Translations under genes and position numbers: made by a program
Assembly: GCA_036172245.1 (NCBI GenBank)
Contig: JAYWIR010000018.1
Coordinates: 124,001-188,000 of the forward strand
Direction of reading: 5' to 3'
Length of the DNA stretch: 64,000 nucleotides
Source of the DNA: Raillietiella orientalis
Lineage: Eukaryota
Shown here: positions 26,971 through 39,983 of the stretch, piece by piece
How positions within the stretch are numbered: position 1 is the first letter of the stretch
Layout of the letters: each line of letters begins with the position of its first letter
Notes under the pieces: generated by a model
Databases searched by the model: none
What the model was told of the DNA's origin: nothing
What the model saw: only the letters and a program-made list of their open reading frames with translations

Positions 26971-27697
26971 ATCCCACTTTCATATTTACTTGACGCAAAG
27001 CTTTTCAACATTGAAAAAGAAAAGCTGGAGGCAAAAACACAATGACTTTGCTGCAACATATAAATGCTAAACGTTATTTGTTCAACGTCCGGAAATGGGC
27101 ATCATCCCCTTTGTTTTGCAGTTAACGCCCATGAAGACTTTCACAAGTCGCATTGATTTTCTCAACAGTTTCAGTAGAATTCATCAAATTATTTAATTTG
27201 AATAAATAATTTGAACAAAATAAGGAGGATCATATGGCTGATGAATGAACTACAAAGCAGGTTAACGAAACGGTTAGCCAAGGAGATATTAGGTCAGTAG
27301 TACAGTTGACTGATAATGATAGGATGAAATTTGTTAGCAGACCCGATTTATCCGATCAGAGGAAAGGCAAAATAGGGTAGAGAGGGGTTATCTAAAAGGA
27401 TAATCATAAAAAAAATGTGAGCCAACATGGCTGATTCTTTCGAAACCACCAGCCATGGAGACGCTGCAAAAACTTACAGCCAAAAAAAAAAAGAAGGAAT
27501 TGGAAGCAGAAGTAGAAAGAATAGGAACAGGAAAAAAAGCTCTGCGGATTGAGAACGCTCGATTGAAAGAGATGCTTGGTTAAATCTCCGCCTGGTTCCA
27601 AACAGCTGTATAAGATAAAAAGAGACAATCCAAAAAGCAAAAGGTCTACAACCCTTGCCTGGGGTACAAGTTAGGTCAATTATGGAATCCGGCAGTA

Positions 27698-27960
27698 GTG
27701 CGCTCCTTCACGAAGGAGCTGCAAAAGCTGCAGCTAAAGCAGGAGCTCGTTTCCCTCTCCATCCTGAGCGGTAGGCAGACAGTCGAGGTGGCCTGCAAGG
27801 AGGCGAAACTTGCTCAAAGGCTGATGCACACACCGATCACAATCGGAGGGCGCAAGATCTTCCCGGTGACGGAGGACCTCTCCAAGGTCGAGAACCTTAA
27901 CGGAGTTATGGTGAGGATGACCAATGAAGCAGGTCCAATGAAGCGTCCTTTCACTGCAAT
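27698..27960 (+). mobile_element. Probable LINE ORF1 fragment
   Basis: LSILSGRQTVEVAC..LMHTPITIGGRKIFP is homologous to 50310-50513 (LSIRSGGQYAELIC..LWTPVPFEGRNL) and sits directly upstream of an RT fragment. Confidence 0.5.
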
Positions 27961-27979
27961 AATACGGGATGATCCACGC

Positions 27980-28775
27980 ACTGTGCTCAAAGCCCGGCGA
28001 CTTCCTCGATATCCAGGGGATGATTAGTGGGCTAGCTGGAGCGCGAGTGGCCGTCCGGGAAGGGGAAGAGCTTACCCACAGACTGGAGGTCAGAGCTGAC
28101 TTTCTTGGTATTGAAGCTGACCATGCTGATCCCGGAGAGGGGCGAAGTGACAGCCTCCTTTCGGCCAGAGAGTATTCTTCTGAAAGGAAGAGATTCGCGC
28201 AATCTGGGCAATTGGCGTCCGATTACTATGGTAAAGGCGTACGTCAGAATGCTCTCCAGGATGTGGGCAGCGCGGCTGAGACGCGTGGAGGACTCCTTCA
28301 TCAGCTCGGAGCAGACCCATGCTTTTACGGGCAGAAGTAGGAAGTCGATCTTGTTCCTCGCGAGAACCTGGATGAGGTTGCAACAGCAAGTTGCAGCGAA
28401 GCCCCGTAGGAATAAGATCTCCCGGAAGGGTTCGGGGAACCGTACTAGTGGAAATGCGGAAGAACTGGGCTCTCGAGATCGCGGTCGACTTGCACAAAGC
28501 GTACGACTGCATGAACGAGGAGGTCCTTCTGGAACTCATGGAGCGCCTTAGACTTCCATACTGTTTCCTGCAGTACTGGCGCTTGCTATGGCGCAATGAT
28601 CTAATCAATATTGGTTTTAGCGGTCGCAACTTTTACGACCTGTCGGTGCACCGAGGAATTGGGCAAGGTGACAGCCGGAGTCCCATCTTGTTCAGCGCCT
28701 ACTTCGAGTTGGTGCTGAGCGGGTACAGGACAACACTTGCCAACCTGCCGACGTCCTGCTCTCGTATCCGAGGGA
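27980..28775 (+). mobile_element. L1/Tx1-like RT N-terminal half, frameshifted and truncated before YADD
   Basis: GNWRPITMV, AVDLHKAYD and RGIGQGDSRSPILF. Paralogous to 29600-30190. Confidence 0.9.
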
Positions 28776-28784
28776 GCTGAGGGA

Positions 28785-31700
28785 ATGGTCCGCAGCATCG
28801 ACCACGTCTTCCTCGATGCTGACCTGTGCCCACGGGTCGGCAAACGAGGGAAAATCGCGTCCATGCTGTCGGACCATTCCCGGTTAATTTTCGAGATATG
28901 CCCGCGCGACAAGAGACCGCCATCCAGAGCGTGGCGCCTGCCGGGAGACTGGACGCGGTTCTCAGGTGCGAAACAACAGGATTCGCGAATTCCTGAGAGG
29001 CGTCACGCTCCAGAATCTCTACGATTGGGACCTTTTCATGGCCTCGGTCCGCGAGTTCTGTGAGCAGTTCCCCATGGACCGCCTGCCCCGGGGATTTGAC
29101 GAGGGAGCTCGCAACGAGAGGGCGTATTTACACACACACCATTACGAGAGGACCCCCAATGTCCATCGCCTGGCCGAATACCGCGCCGGGGCCGAGCGCC
29201 AAGCCTGGCAATCCGGGTCGGCCAGCTTGCTGGACGATCAGGGCCGGGAACGTTCGTCCCCGGCGTCGGTACGGGATCTCGTGCGGTGTTATTATTCCTC
29301 CTTTTACGCCAAAACACCACCGGAACGAGACGCCTCGCGGCGATTCCTCTTGAATGGTTCCGTGGCGATAGGGGAGGAGGAGAGGGAAAGCCTCGATGAG
29401 CCTTTCACGACCGGCGAAATTCTCGCCGGAATTAAAAGGCTCAAGAGGCGTAAGACGCCAGGGGAGGATGGCCTGCCCGCGGAGTTTATCCAATGCTTCG
29501 TGGCAGAGCTGGCAACCCTGGTGCTCGAGTTGACAAGGCTAATCCGAGACGAAGGCGATATTCCCGCCTCGTTTCGGTCAGCCAGGGTGAGGCTCCTTCC
29601 AAAGGGAGGAGACATCAGAAAGCTAAGCAACTGGTGTCCGATTACGATCGTGAATGCGGACGCCAAGTTGATTGCCGGACTGTAGGCGTCGCGTTTGGGG
29701 CAGGTGGCAGACTCCATAATTAGCCCGGAGCAGACTTACACTGTTCCCGGGAGAAGTATGGAGGCCAACCTCTTCTTCGCGAGCACATAGTTGCACGTGC
29801 AGCGGAGTGGGAAGAAAGGAAACGGAAAGATCGGCAACCCCACCTTGGGGCCGCCAGTCGGGCAGACAAGGGACTCCCGGGCGGGTGAGGGGGCCCTAGA
29901 GATCGCGGTCGATCTCCATAAGGCGTTCCACTGCGTGGACCAGGAACTCCTTCTGGAGCTCCTGGAGCGCACGGGCTTCCCACCCTCCCTTCTAACCTAC
30001 CTGCGCTCTTGCTGGCGCAGTGCCATTATAAACGTTTCTTTCAGCTGTCAAAATGTGTACGGCGTGCCGGTGAGCCGCGGGATAAGGCAGGGCGATAGCC
30101 TGAGTCCCCTGCTCTTTAGCACCTACTTCGAGTTGGTGCTGAGAGCGTACAGGGCGACTTTGGCTGCTTTGCCGAGCTCGTGCCCTGGCACGCCCGCAGT
30201 AACCTATGCCGACGATCTTCTGCTTTTGCTCCCCATGTCCGCTCCGGCAGCGGCAGTCGAGGATTTCTTCGATCTGCTAAACCGCGGGACGAGACTGCGT
30301 GTGAACAAGGCAAAGTCGTCGGCGGTGGCGGTTGGTGTGACGTGGGTTGGACGGCCTGACTGGATCCGCTTGGGGATCCCCGCGGACAGGGACCTGAAGT
30401 ACCTTGGCGTTCCGTTGAGGGACTTCTGCCCGTCAGAAGTTTGGTCAGGTCGTCTCCAAAAAGTAGAGTCGGCGATCGGCCCGTTCTTGGAGGGCAAGTT
30501 CCACTTGCCGGAATGGGCCGCGGTGTGGAACGCGTTCACGGCTCCCATCCTTTGCCCCCTGCTTTTTGTTTGCCCCGTTTCCCCCCCAGTTGAAGAAGAG
30601 GACCAAGGACCTACTCCGCATCGCCCTCTGGGGCAAGGGTAGGCCTAGAGTGCCTCTGAAGAACTTATGCGCTCCGCGTCGGGGCGGCGGTCATGGTCTC
30701 CTGACGCTGGAGCGCTTGGAAATCCAGCTGCGATGGCGCACCTCGGTCATCGCAGCGAAGTTGTGGAGCACCCCTTGGTGCGTTCCTGCCCGCCTTCTTG
30801 CCAGCCGTGTCTCCAGGACGCAAGGACTAGCGTCTTATCTTCTGTGCTCCGGTTGGAAGATACGAAGATGCGGCCTGCTCCTTGGACGCATGTCCACTTT
30901 GGCAAAGGAGAACAGCTGGATGGTCTGCAGCCCCGTCAACTCCTCCGCATGGCTGGAGGAGACCGCTGGCACGTGGGCGAAGATAAATGAGAAGAACCAC
31001 GAAACGTGGAACTGCCTGCGAGTCGGCTTCTACGCCCGCCGCAGTCTGCGTGAAATTCTTGAATTTCCAGCCAGTTGCACATGGGCGGAAGGGACACCCC
31101 TTGCTACGGCGATGCCCTTCCTCCGGAGGGCGCTTCACAACAGCCGGAAGCCGAGGTGGCAAGTCTGCTGCCGTATTGCAGGCAGAGAGAAGATGATGAG
31201 CGGCTGGACCATGGGAGAGCTGACAGACGCTAGGATCCCTAGTGTCCAGCCGAGAGGACTAAAAAGATGGGGCGAGCTGCTCGGCATCCGGTCGGATGAC
31301 CCGAAGTGGCCCCCGGTACTACTTGGATCCAGGATTCTTCTCCTGAAGTGGCAAGAATCGGCGCTTCTGTGGCTGCATTGGGGTCTACCCTGCAACGCGC
31401 GCCGCTTCCACTGGACGCGGGGAAGAGTAAATCCTGCGTGTGCCAGGTGTGGGGAGCAGGAGTCCTACCCCCACCTCCTAGTTGACTGCTCTGCCCTCCG
31501 GATTCTTTAAGATCGTCTTGAAACGGCCCTTGGGATACCGGTTGGTGGCAACCCCAGAGACGTATACAGTTTTCTCTTCGTGCGGGACGGTCTGAGTCCA
31601 GCCACAGCCTTGGCAGCACTTTGCTGCATCCGTGGTATTGTGGTGGCCTGGAGTGATGCCTAAAATGAAGATTGCAACGTGACGAACGTCATCCCATATG

Positions 31701-32031
31701 CTGTTCTCTTCCTGCAGAGAGCTACCGGATGGCCCCAGCTGGATAGAATGAAGAAGGACCTCGAGGGCATCCTACAAAGGATGGGCCCTCCCCGTAGTGG
31801 AATGTGATCCCTTCCCGGTCCTCCAAACAGTTTTTGTTTTTTTTTCTCAATTTTATTTTTATTTTCTCGTCCATCCCCTTCCACTGCCGAGGAGAGTCAC
31901 ACCGCGCTGCGTCCCGGCGTCCCGGCAGGTCCGGTGTTGCGTGGCCGTTAGTGGGGCCTTGTACCACGTTTTTTTGCATTGACCATGCAAGAGCTTTTAA
32001 ATAAACGTCCCGGAGTATCCGGGTGGCATCG
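28785..32031 (+). mobile_element. 5'-truncated L1/Tx1-like LINE, the best preserved copy (subfamily A): APE C-terminus, RT, Zn finger and 3'UTR
   Basis: SIDHVF..SDH (APE), KTPGEDG, NWCPIT, AVDLHKAF, RGIRQGDSLSP, TYADDLL, KYLGV, LCAPRRGGGHGL and CARCGEQESYPHLLVDC. A few stops and frameshifts. Followed by a T-rich 3'UTR, AATAAA at 32000 and a terminal hairpin. Confidence 0.93.
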
Positions 32032-32190
32032 TCAGTGGAGAAGGCCTTACCGGCATACAAGTCGGAAAGGACAAGTGCATAAGAAAATAAGAACAATGTG
32101 TTCTGACAGGAACACAAATACAGACCACAGCAATTAATAATTGTAAATATGTTTTTTGATAATAAAAGCCCGGCTTATCCGGGTGGAAGA
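32032..32190 (+). mobile_element. Isolated 3'UTR/terminus of LINE subfamily B
   Basis: Near-identical to 41563-41700 (agtggagaaggccttaccggcat.caagtcggaaagg.caagtgcataag...). AATAAA at 32161, then a CCCGG-5nt-CCGGG hairpin. Confidence 0.85.
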
Positions 32191-32857
32191 ACAGCAAAGC
32201 ATAGGGAAGTTTTCCCGTCCTTATCTTGAGCATCAGCATAATCTCTGCACTCTAAAAGTAGCTTAACCACTTCCTCATGTCCTGCTATAATAGCAAGGTG
32301 CAGTGGCCTTTCAAAGAGATGGGTAGACATAGAACCGATGTTAGCTCCATGTTTAAAAAGACGCTTAACAATTTGGAAATACCCTCTTTCTGCTGCCATA
32401 TGAAGACAAGTTATACCATCGCTTCGTTGGGCATTGACATAAGCACCTCTACTTAAAAGCAATTCGATAACTTCCATGCTTTCCTTTCCTTTGGTACCAA
32501 GGCATAGGGGAGTCATACTTTAGCTGTTTCCACTGCAAAGAACCTCTCTAAGACTTAAAACGAATTCAACACCATTTTTCACACCATCAACTGCGATGTT
32601 GAGTTCTATCACATTGATTTGAGCACCTCTATCTAATGTCTTGTATCTACCCTGTTAACTTTCGGACCACTTGTTAAAAGTAGTTTAGCAACCTCTGTGT
32701 GTTTATTCTGCACAGCATCATCAAGTAAAACATATCCTTGTGACCACACCGCTGGCGAGTAGGACTGACCATACGAATGAATTCAGCTTCTCTTTCTTTC
32801 TGTTCTTCCTTCACGGACGGCACAAATCAGCTCCCAGCTAATATCCTCCTCACACAT
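32175..32857 (-). pseudogene. Ankyrin-repeat protein pseudogene: intronless, frameshifted and 3'-truncated at a LINE end
   Basis: 32175-32516 has 3-4 canonical repeats (ELLLSRGAYVNAQ, GITCLHMAAERGY, RPLHLAIIAGHEEVVKLLL, DKDGKTSL). Upstream frames give MCEEDISWELICAVREGR from ATG 32857 and SYSPAVWSQGYVLLDDAVQNKHTEVAKLLLTSGPKVN. Confidence 0.85.
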
Positions 32858-35800
32858 GAATATTTACTTCTAAACGTGAACATTTCCTTGACATCAATGC
32901 AGCCAGAGTTTGTCCAGTTATTTCAATTAATTCATAATAAGTTTCATCGATTTGTTGCATCTCAACTTTAATAACTTGCTATGTTAATAATGCCACAGCA
33001 TTTTAATAATAAACATTGCCATGTACATAACGTACATTTGAATTTTACCAACTGAAATCGCAAAACTCGTTAGGGTTATTAACACCGTATTCGAGACCGA
33101 ATTTCGCTTCTTTCTTCACAAAAACAGACACGCCCTGTGGAAAAAACTTGACCCACTGAAGGGCAAAACCGTGCCCGGGCGGATCTCCGGTCGCTTCCGG
33201 TCCAAAATCATCAAAATACTTTTTCTGATTGCTATATATTGAGAAAAGTTAGTGTACATGGACGTCCACATTCGAAAGGCCCGCACTTATCCGACGATCT
33301 GTAGTTGGTCATTTCCGTTCATTCAGATCATAATTGCAGTAGCACAGCATCCAAAGGAAACACATTCTTCAGGAAGAAGAAAGAAAGCAAATGCCTCACA
33401 CCGGAAGCATTCCCTGAATTTTTGATTGCTATGCAAATTCAATCGGCATTTGCTGCAGAGAAGAAACATATTGGGAAGAGTGAATCCATTAAGAAAGATA
33501 AGCGTGCCCAATTCCATCGTCCATGGACGTTCGAAGTTAATTGCTTCTTAAAATTTAAGCATTTATGACAAACAGAACGTTATTCATTAACATGAAGAAA
33601 AATAGAATGGATGTGAAGACAAAGGTGAGTCTCCAGGCAGATTAAGGGAAAAGCAAATGATGGGAAGTGCAGGAGTTTCAGCGACTGATGCACCTATTAA
33701 TTCGACTATTTGTTTTCATTTGAGGGCACTTTGTAGCATACGAGCATGAAATACGCCATCATTTTTATTTTTCTCATATGTTTCCGCTTTATCAAGAGCA
33801 TCTTCATTATCCATCCGGTCGATCATTCCAATGGTCCATTTTATATTACTATTGTGAGATTTTCAGCTTATAAAGCATTCTCATTCTTTTATGCCAGACC
33901 ACAATTGCAAGTTTTGAAAGAAGCACCATTTATGGAATGAGACGATTCCTATCTTTAGAATTGAAACACAGTGATCTTCGTAAAAATTTTTCAGAACGCA
34001 GCACCTGCCTCCAGGGAAAATCTCACCTAAATGGAAGAATCACCTTAAAAAAATGCTACGACATCAGAAGTGCATTGACAAACTGCGACTCGCGCCCATT
34101 GGCAACTGCTAATAAATTCTATGCGGAGTGCTCATCAAGAAGACTTTGTACCTAGAAGGAGAAAGATAGATACCACCAAAACACTTTATTTTCACATTCG
34201 TTACATCCCGGGATCAGCGATTTGGGGCGCACAATAAAGAGACTATCATTAACCAGAGGATCCAGAAGTGGTGGTGAGCCATCCTTGGCTCCAACTTCCC
34301 AACGAAGACGAATAGGATGAAAGAGCCAAAGGATGCCTCGCCACCGTAAATCTTCTGAAGAAAAAAGATTTATTTTTGAGAGATAGTCGCCTCAGACCAT
34401 TCAGCTCCCTTGACCTACTGCTTCCAAGCTCTCACAAGAAACTCTACACTCAAGGCGGTGAAGAATTGAATATGGAAAACTCCGACTGACTCTAGTGGTG
34501 AGCATACTCACCATGGAACGAAGCGAGACATTATAACCCCTGATCGAGAACCATCCTTATCAAGCCAAAACCATATCATGCGTTAGATTGCCTTGTGTCG
34601 CCGGACATTTTTCATACGAGCGGGGTCACCTACTCTTCGCCAACTACTGATTCACCTATACAACAGGCAAGGGTGCAGGCAAGAGATCAATCTTGCCATC
34701 AGCGCAAAAATTGGGCGAAAACGCTGGAACGCATGTCAAATCATTGCTTGCAGAACTTGAATCTCCACATAAGGGGATAAAACGCCTTGGGCGTTTACAT
34801 TTAGAAGATGAGCGATGGGAGATCCTGGTCATCCACAAAGTATACCTGTTATGGAGTCGTTGTTAGGGCATGTCTCGTGCTGGAAAGAGAAAACGGCATT
34901 TTCACCCCGGTCGCGTGCTGAGCGTTTGAAAGAGAAACGACAGCCTCCATGAAAACACGTGAAAGAACAGAGGGAAAACATCATAAGCACATGCCTTCTC
35001 TTTTGCCATCAGCAACCCATCCGTCAGTTCGTTCGATCGACGTCCGCTCATCGAGACCCCGGAATTTCTAGAACAGGATGTCTTCCCGGTATGGAACTTT
35101 CCAGTCAACCGGATGGGTTCCGTTCAGCATCCAACACAGCAGGGACATCCACTGGGAGCAAAGGCTAGGAGATCCTCCAAGTCAAGCTGGCTTCTTGCGG
35201 AAGTGGGAGGATGGAAAGCAAATGCAATTGTTTCAAATGAAACCACGGCGATGAATAGCCAAACTTGAAAGAAAATCATAAGAAAGTTCACTTCAAACGA
35301 AAGAAGACACGTTGGAAGTGCTCTACTGTACAAGCAAATTATAAGCTTGACTGACTTGACATTTATAATTGACTTCAAACTTTGAATTCAATTATAAATG
35401 CGTGATCTGAGGGATGGTTTTCTGTTCCTCCAATTCCGAAGCACTCAGCAAAGAATAAAACAAGAATACACAGCTGCAGCTAATTATCAAGCACAATAAA
35501 ACGGACTGCAATTAATAAGGAGTGAAGAAAAGATACAAATGGAGCTGTTTTAGAGGTAACTGGCATGTAAGACACGAAGAAAACTCATTACATCGTCTAG
35601 AGATAAAGTAGATGAAGTAGACGATTAATGATACTTTGGATCTTTTGTTTGTCTGGGATGAAGTTGAGTTGCTGTGATCCATGAATGGGAAGCACTGTCC
35701 CTTTCAAAGTGTTGAAAATGCTCCACCCATGCGCTGAGCAGAACCCCAGGACAGAGAGAAATTGTATACGAACTGAGCGGAGGGTGAGATTGTTCACTCA

Positions 35801-38800
35801 TCTTTCAAAGAGTAATGGTAACTGATTTTTACATGTTCACTCCACGAGCTGCACCCTACGCCATGGCAACACTTGCATTCAGAATGCTGTTTTCCCTAGT
35901 GTGTGCTGCTCAAGTTTCCTCGGATGATACATTACTTAGGGATTGAAAAGGGTGGGATAAAAAGCAAGTGCTTAGTTGCAAATATTCCTCTTGTTGATAA
36001 AACAAGAATGTTTAAATTTCTACTTTACTTTCCCTCTTATCTGTCGCTTGCGAGACCTAGTCGTCCTCATTTCGAGGGTAGAAGCCCCGCGGAAAGAATG
36101 CAGGAATATGCTTATACTTCTGCAGAAGCTCAAAATGAGCAAGTACGTATTATAGCCTAGAATACACTTTGTATGTATTTCATCACGAAGCAAAAAACGA
36201 ACAAGTGCATCGTACTTCATGAGGAACAGTGGCGTTTCGCTTGCAACATGCCGGTGTATGGCTGCCAAAATCACAGAGAACCCTTCCAGTAAAAAAACAT
36301 TCATCCCACCCGGGATCGCATCAAAATGAAAATTCGTTGAAACGGACGTTCGAGATTCCCGAAAAGTTCATGTACAATGGACTCGTACCCATCTCACTGG
36401 ATGCCGTACCCAAATCTGGAACCTGTACGATCGGCACAGACATTCCCACACATAGGGATACATATAAAAACGTGATTAAGTATGGCTGAAGAGAATCATC
36501 ATTCCCTGTTTCGTGAAACCAGATAGATGACACAGAAAGGGAGACCTCACGCACGCTTCGTAGGATCTTGCCGCCTAAATATTGATCTTACCCACTTGCA
36601 GTCATTCCTTGTCACATGTGTCTTTGCATGTTTTTCATAAGACATACACGTATGTTGGATTTATACTTTTTAGGTGCTTCTTTCTACCAAAACATTGAAA
36701 CGGAGGAACGTTAAATAGTTTTATTTTCGTATCCAAGGGAATACTTTATATCTTTTGTTCGTCTGGGAAGGGGTTGACTTGCTCAGATCCAGGACTAATT
36801 AGTCTCCCTTTCAGTCTTTCTTCACTTGCTGATCATGAATAATTGAAGCACTCGGCTAGAAATCTAAGGACCAAAAACAAAGTGAAATAATTTGCAAATC
36901 GAACAGCCGATGAGATTATTCGAATGCAATCTTCCTATACGCTGGAAATGGAATACTTTAAACGTTGATCCGTGAAGCTCTCTAACCCATTTTGTGGCTG
37001 TTCATCTCTTCATAATGAAATGAAGATGAAAACAAAAGAGAAAAAAGACATCAATCCAAATCTCTCAAAGTCCATTTGCCAAATAGTTTCGAATTCACTC
37101 CTTTTCTCTTTCTGGAAAACAAAGCTGTAAGATAAAGATGTGAGATAGCAACTGTTTGTCTGTGCTATTATTTTTCATCTATACAGCCACATGAAAGCTG
37201 GACAATGGATTCACAAGATGAAAGATTCTTAATGATTCGTAAAGTTTCAAGAAACTTTCCATCTGCACGCGAGTGTGATAAAATCAACTGCCACTCATCA
37301 AGCATGCCTATGAAAGAAGATTAGCCAAGAAATCCGTACCCTGGACCCTATGATAGTGCACAAAGACATTTATTCATTTATTTAAGATTTACTACTAAGA
37401 TAGCGTGCAAATTTAGACGCTATTCGGCATGTCCTGTACGATGATGTTCCTGTCCAGGTTGGCGGCCACCTCCAGCGACTCTTGAAGGGAAGCGTGGGCA
37501 CACACAAAACGGACCATCAGAGCATTGCAACCAGAGGACAGATAATGGAATGCAGTAACATAGTTCTATCCCATACAGGCAGTCTGACAAGAACTTAAGT
37601 ATGGTACCATCGTTTCCAGTATTCATTCTTCCATCATTTCTGGTTTCTTGATCAAGTGATATTACTTGCAACTTGAAACAGTGGATTCCACCCATGATGA
37701 CACGAGAATCGCTAACAAAAGAACTGAAGATTCAGGCAGGTGAATCTGTGAATAAAAGATTCATTTTTTTATTTTGATAAGGATTGATTCATTACTTTCG
37801 GAAATGTGGCAGCAAAATTACATGGAAGCCATTGGTATGTTTGGTAATGATTTCCCAAGGGCTGTCAGTTACCGAGTTCGGATCCTAAGGTAGAGGGATA
37901 GCATGTAATCTGTTGGCATGATCACTGTCTACATGAGCATCAGACAAATATTGCAAGTGGTTCAACAGAGAGCATGCAGCAAGACCCTATCCAGGAATCA
38001 GACCATAGAAGCAGCAGCAAATGCAACTGTATTTTCAGTGGAATCCATTTGCAGGGTGCTTATAGCAGTGATGAAGTGGATAAGAGAGAATAATTCTTTG
38101 TTAGAGAGAAGTTGATTAGGACTTCCGCATCCTATCTTCGAATTGGATAAATAGATTTGTTTCATGAACCAAAGTGTTACTCCTGAGATCAAGAGGTGTT
38201 TGACTTCTCGTGAAATTCATGGCTAACAGCTGAAAAGAGCATCCTATGAGGAAGAGTGTTGTGCATAACAGGAGAGAAAAACATATATACAAATGCATGT
38301 GTTGTATGGAAATTGAAATGCATGCAGTAAAACAGAGTTTTTGCATTCAAGTAATGAAAAAGAAAAGCAATTCATGCATTTCAAAGCGTAAGAAGGATGA
38401 GTGACTTCCGCTCATACTGGAATTCAGATCAGTGGGTCTGTACACATTCTTTGTACAGCTCACTCTGCTCATGAGAGTAATCTCTATGGAGAATTGAAAC
38501 AGCTGAGAATAAGTTTTCGTGCCATTATGTGGGTTTTCATCTTCATGAAAACCTACCTAAAGGATTCGAATTTATCATGTAAGTTATTGATAGAGTCTTT
38601 TGCTGGGACAAAGTAGGAACTTGGGAAAAGACTAACTAAATGTGAAGTAGATGGAAAATTGGTGGCAGAATGAACTCTGGATGGTAAGGAAAAGGCTCAG
38701 CAAATTGATAGCATAAAAGGTAGTTTGGTGCTATTGGGAAGATAAAATTGGGGAATGAGGGAAGTACTTTTCCATATGATTGTTCTTAGTCAAACCTATA

Positions 38801-39983
38801 AAGTCCATCAGTCAGAATCATGGACTTTGTAGAAGCAAATCCTGATGGTTACGATAGTTGATATCACGGTTCTCCACCATAATCCTATTTTCTTGCCAGC
38901 TATGCAGACAAGTTGAACGATCAGTCAAAAATGAGAGATCCCAATCTGATGAACGCCTAATGATGGGCAAACACACCGAATGACCTAAAAGCAGTATCAT
39001 TCGCAGATAAAAAGGGAGCACTGCCAACCAACACAACGATCATAAAAGGGAGTGATTAGCTCCTGTAGATACAACTCATTCTTGCCTATGTATCTTGACA
39101 TTTCTATTAAATCTTGGTGTTTATATATTTTCTAAAAAATCTTGGTATTTACAAGTGCTGATGCGACTCTAAAAAGATGGAAAGGAATAACCACATCATT
39201 CTACTGTTTGCACATGTATAACAAAAGGAATTCTCTGGTGATCAGTGCTTTACATTGCAGCACCAACGGTTTTGCGAAAGCTGCAGAAGGTATGCTGAGT
39301 ATGCTTACATGGAATATGCGTGCTTTCAAAAACAGAAACGAATTTCCTTCGAGTTCAACTGTTGTTCAGCTGTTGCTATGCTTGAGATTGGTAAGCTCGT
39401 CATAGCAGTAACAATTCTTAAGTATTATTCTCCGAATTTCAGACAGATTCAGAATCTTGAAGAATCAAGCAAATGGACTTGCGATGTCTTTATGACAAAT
39501 CGAAACGAATTCACATCGAAAGCAAGAAGCAATCACTCACTCTGAAGGTGTGGGGGATGCTGCTATGCTAAAGACCTACCCTGATTTCCTGGAATCGTTT
39601 GAGGCAGGACAGAGAGCTCAGCTGAGTGTTATGAAAAACCTTTGGTCGGATGAGCATTCGAAACGCGCATGATAAATCTTCATTACGTCCATTGCATCTA
39701 ATATAGAACTGGCGTAGAAGAGGCCAAAACTCTTGAAATTAGTCGAATAACTTTCTTTCGAGGCCGCTGAAAGCAGCATACCTGAAACTCTCCCAATGGA
39801 TTCTTCTGTTCAAGCAAGGTTTGTAACTAGGATTCCGACATACACAAATTCTACCGTAAAAAATTTTCTTTCTTGCTGGACCTTGGAATGTTGTCTGCGT
39901 TATTGGGCTTACATGTAAACAAAGAGCTGGAATCACCACAGTGTTGTTTCATAGTTCCAAAACTTTAAACGAAAGGTCGATTA

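Noticed and set aside
33300..34200. Possible piggyBac-like transposase remnant (VDHSN, RRFL..L, terminal Cys cluster)
   Set aside because: Motifs are too degenerate and no TIR/TTAA pair was identified.
35200..39950. AT-rich stretch as host gene exons
   Set aside because: No consistent spliced frame or recognisable domain could be built.
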